Origin: an uncultured Chloroflexia bacterium
Lineage (GTDB): Bacteria; Chloroflexota; Anaerolineae; JAAYZQ01
Direction of reading: 5' to 3'
Length of the DNA stretch: 64,000 nt
NCBI GenBank assembly: GCA_963700285.1
Contig: CAVOXA010000022.1
Coordinates: forward strand, 96,001-160,000
In this document: positions 62,378 through 64,000 of the stretch, piece by piece
Position numbering within the stretch: position 1 is the stretch's first letter
How the letters are laid out: each line of letters starts with the position of its first letter
Program-made: the position numbers and the translations under genes
The notes under the pieces: model-generated
The model's database searches: none
Told to the model about the DNA's origin: nothing
The model's input: the letters and a program-made list of their open reading frames with translations, nothing else

Positions 62378-64000
62378 GTGATACGATGGCTTGTCACCAT
62401 ACTGGTTGTCCTGCTCCTGGCGGGTCTAGCGTTTTCGGCGCCTGGGTGGCTGCCGGAGCTGCTGGCCCCTCTTCTGGTGGACCCATTCCTTGTCGAAAGC
62501 GCGACGACGCTGGCACAGCTCATCCTGCTCGTGCTTGCCGGCCTTTGCGCCATCGTCGGGGTCCGCTGGGCAATCCGCGGCCACAGGTCCGGCTTCCAGG
62601 TGATGGATGCGGACGATCTGGAGGCCGCCGCGGCCCGAGCCGCCGCCGCAGCATCGACGGTCCCGGACGCAACTGAGGAGGATGCGTCGTCAGAGGCGGG
62701 CGCGCCCTCAGAGGACCTGAGCGGGGAAGGGCCAGGCGATGGAGGCGGGGAACGCGCGCCCGATGCGGCAGCCATCCCCGACGAGCCCGCGACCGCCCCG
62801 GTTGAGGGAGAGAACATCCTGACCCTTTCTCTCTTTGGACCCGATGGCGCCATCCCCCCCGGCAGTCTAACGCCGAACCGGGACCAATCCGTCGATGAGG
62901 CTCCTCTGGAGGCGTCTCCTGCAGAAGACATAGAGCTTCTGAGCGAGGCGCTGTTTGGTGTGGCTGGGCCGCTGCCCTCGGGCAGCCTGGAGCCCGTGGG
63001 CTCGCGGTTCGTTATCAAGGCGGACCAAGAGGTCGGTGAGCCGCTGACCGGCACGGAGCCTGGCCGGGATCCCGGGCCCGCCGCCACGGCCAAGCCGCCG
63101 CCACCGCTGGTGCCAGGAGCAGGGAGGTTCAACCTTCTGGCCGATCTGCCCGACTTTTTTGGGCGCCAGGCTGAGCTGGCCCAGGTGCGAGATCATCTCC
63201 TGCAGGCTTCAGGAACCGCCGGCCGGCAGACGCTGTCGATCAGCAGCCTGGCAGGCATGGGCGGAGTGGGCAAGACCGCGTTGGGCCTCCACCTGGCCCA
63301 TGAATTGGCCGCCGAGGGCCGCTTTCCCGACGCTCAACTTTACATCGATCTGAAGGGCTCCAGCCGGGCTCCCCTGCCCCCTGCAGCGGCCCTCGAGGCT
63401 CTGCTGACCACATTGTTGGGCCCTGACGCGCAGCGTCCCCACGATGAGGATACGCTGGCCCATCTTTGGCGCGCGGCCCTACAGGACAGGCGGGTACTGC
63501 TGGTGCTGGATGACGCGGCGGGTTCGGCCCAGGTGCGGCCTTTGCTGCCTGGCAGCCCAACCTGCGCTGTCCTCATTACCTCCCAGCAGCGGTTTGCCCT
63601 GCCGGGAGCTGGCCGCCTGGACCTCGAACCCCTGGAGCCGGAGGACGCCCGGGCGTTCTTGCAGAACCTGGTGCCGCGGCTGGAGGATGCGGAAGCGTAC
63701 CAGATCGCCAGACAGTGTGGCGGACTGCCGCTGGCCCTGCGCATCGCGGGCAACTATTTGGCCCTCAACGATGATCTGTCGCCTGTGGTGCACGCTGCTC
63801 ATCTGGCCGGCGAAGATACGCGCCTCGATCTTTTGCGGGACCCGGGTGGGCCCGATCTGGATGTGGGAGCCACGCTGGCTTCCAGCATCGATCGTTTGAG
63901 CGAATCGATGCGGCGTTCGTGGACGATGTTGGCCTATCTGCCTGCTCCTTTTGACGTTTCCGCTGCAGCCGCGGTGTGGGGCCAGGGCGCGACGGAGGGG
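62378..64000 (+). CDS. NB-ARC (STAND) ATPase with N-terminal TM segments, runs off the window end
   Basis: Open frame from GTG 62378; FFGRQAEL, GMGGVGKT, LLVLDDA, LITS and CGGLPLAL motifs; absent from the ORF track because it has no stop in the window. Confidence 0.85.
   Translation, partial: MIRWLVTILVVLLLAGLAFSAPGWLPELLAPLLVDPFLVESATTLAQLILLVLAGLCAIVGVRWAIRGHRSGFQVMDADDLEAAAARAAAAASTVPDATEEDASSEAGAPSEDLSGEGPGDGGGERAPDAAAIPDEPATAPVEGENILTLSLFGPDGAIPPGSLTPNRDQSVDEAPLEASPAEDIELLSEALFGVAGPLPSGSLEPVGSRFVIKADQEVGEPLTGTEPGRDPGPAATAKPPPPLVPGAGRFNLLADLPDFFGRQAELAQVRDHLLQASGTAGRQTLSISSLAGMGGVGKTALGLHLAHELAAEGRFPDAQLYIDLKGSSRAPLPPAAALEALLTTLLGPDAQRPHDEDTLAHLWRAALQDRRVLLVLDDAAGSAQVRPLLPGSPTCAVLITSQQRFALPGAGRLDLEPLEPEDARAFLQNLVPRLEDAEAYQIARQCGGLPLALRIAGNYLALNDDLSPVVHAAHLAGEDTRLDLLRDPGGPDLDVGATLASSIDRLSESMRRSWTMLAYLPAPFDVSAAAAVWGQGATEG

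Overview
GC-rich bacterial chromosome segment, most likely Chloroflexota/Anaerolineae. This is inferred from a C-terminal YLPII motif, Ser/Thr kinases with Pro/Thr-rich linkers and a GAAC-N4-GTTC SOS box. Many genes carry single-base frameshifts typical of an unpolished long-read assembly. The left and middle parts hold housekeeping and accessory genes: plsY, serine dehydratase, yigZ, M20 peptidase, argF, MFS, luxC/luxE-like, kinases, two Hsp20, an ABC-2 exporter, a double solute-binding protein and two M24-fold proteins. They also hold two tandem REP-like arrays, one beside an IS200-type Y1 transposase. At 38.1-40.4 kb a PrdB/GrdB-family selenoprotein (in-frame UGA plus SECIS hairpin) precedes the mercury-methylation genes hgcA-hgcB. 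The most striking feature is a 14.5 kb, co-oriented, C-rich virion-assembly operon at 40.6-55.1 kb. It encodes portal, protease/scaffold, Mu gpT-like capsid, decoration, holin, LamG, triplicated adaptor, M23, nozzle-like and gpF-like proteins. It starts at a sigma70 promoter with a LexA box and has its own intergenic repeat families. I see no terminase, integrase, repressor, replication or tail genes, which makes it a candidate domesticated, SOS-controlled, GTA-like capsid system. All family calls come from motif recognition by eye; no searches were run.
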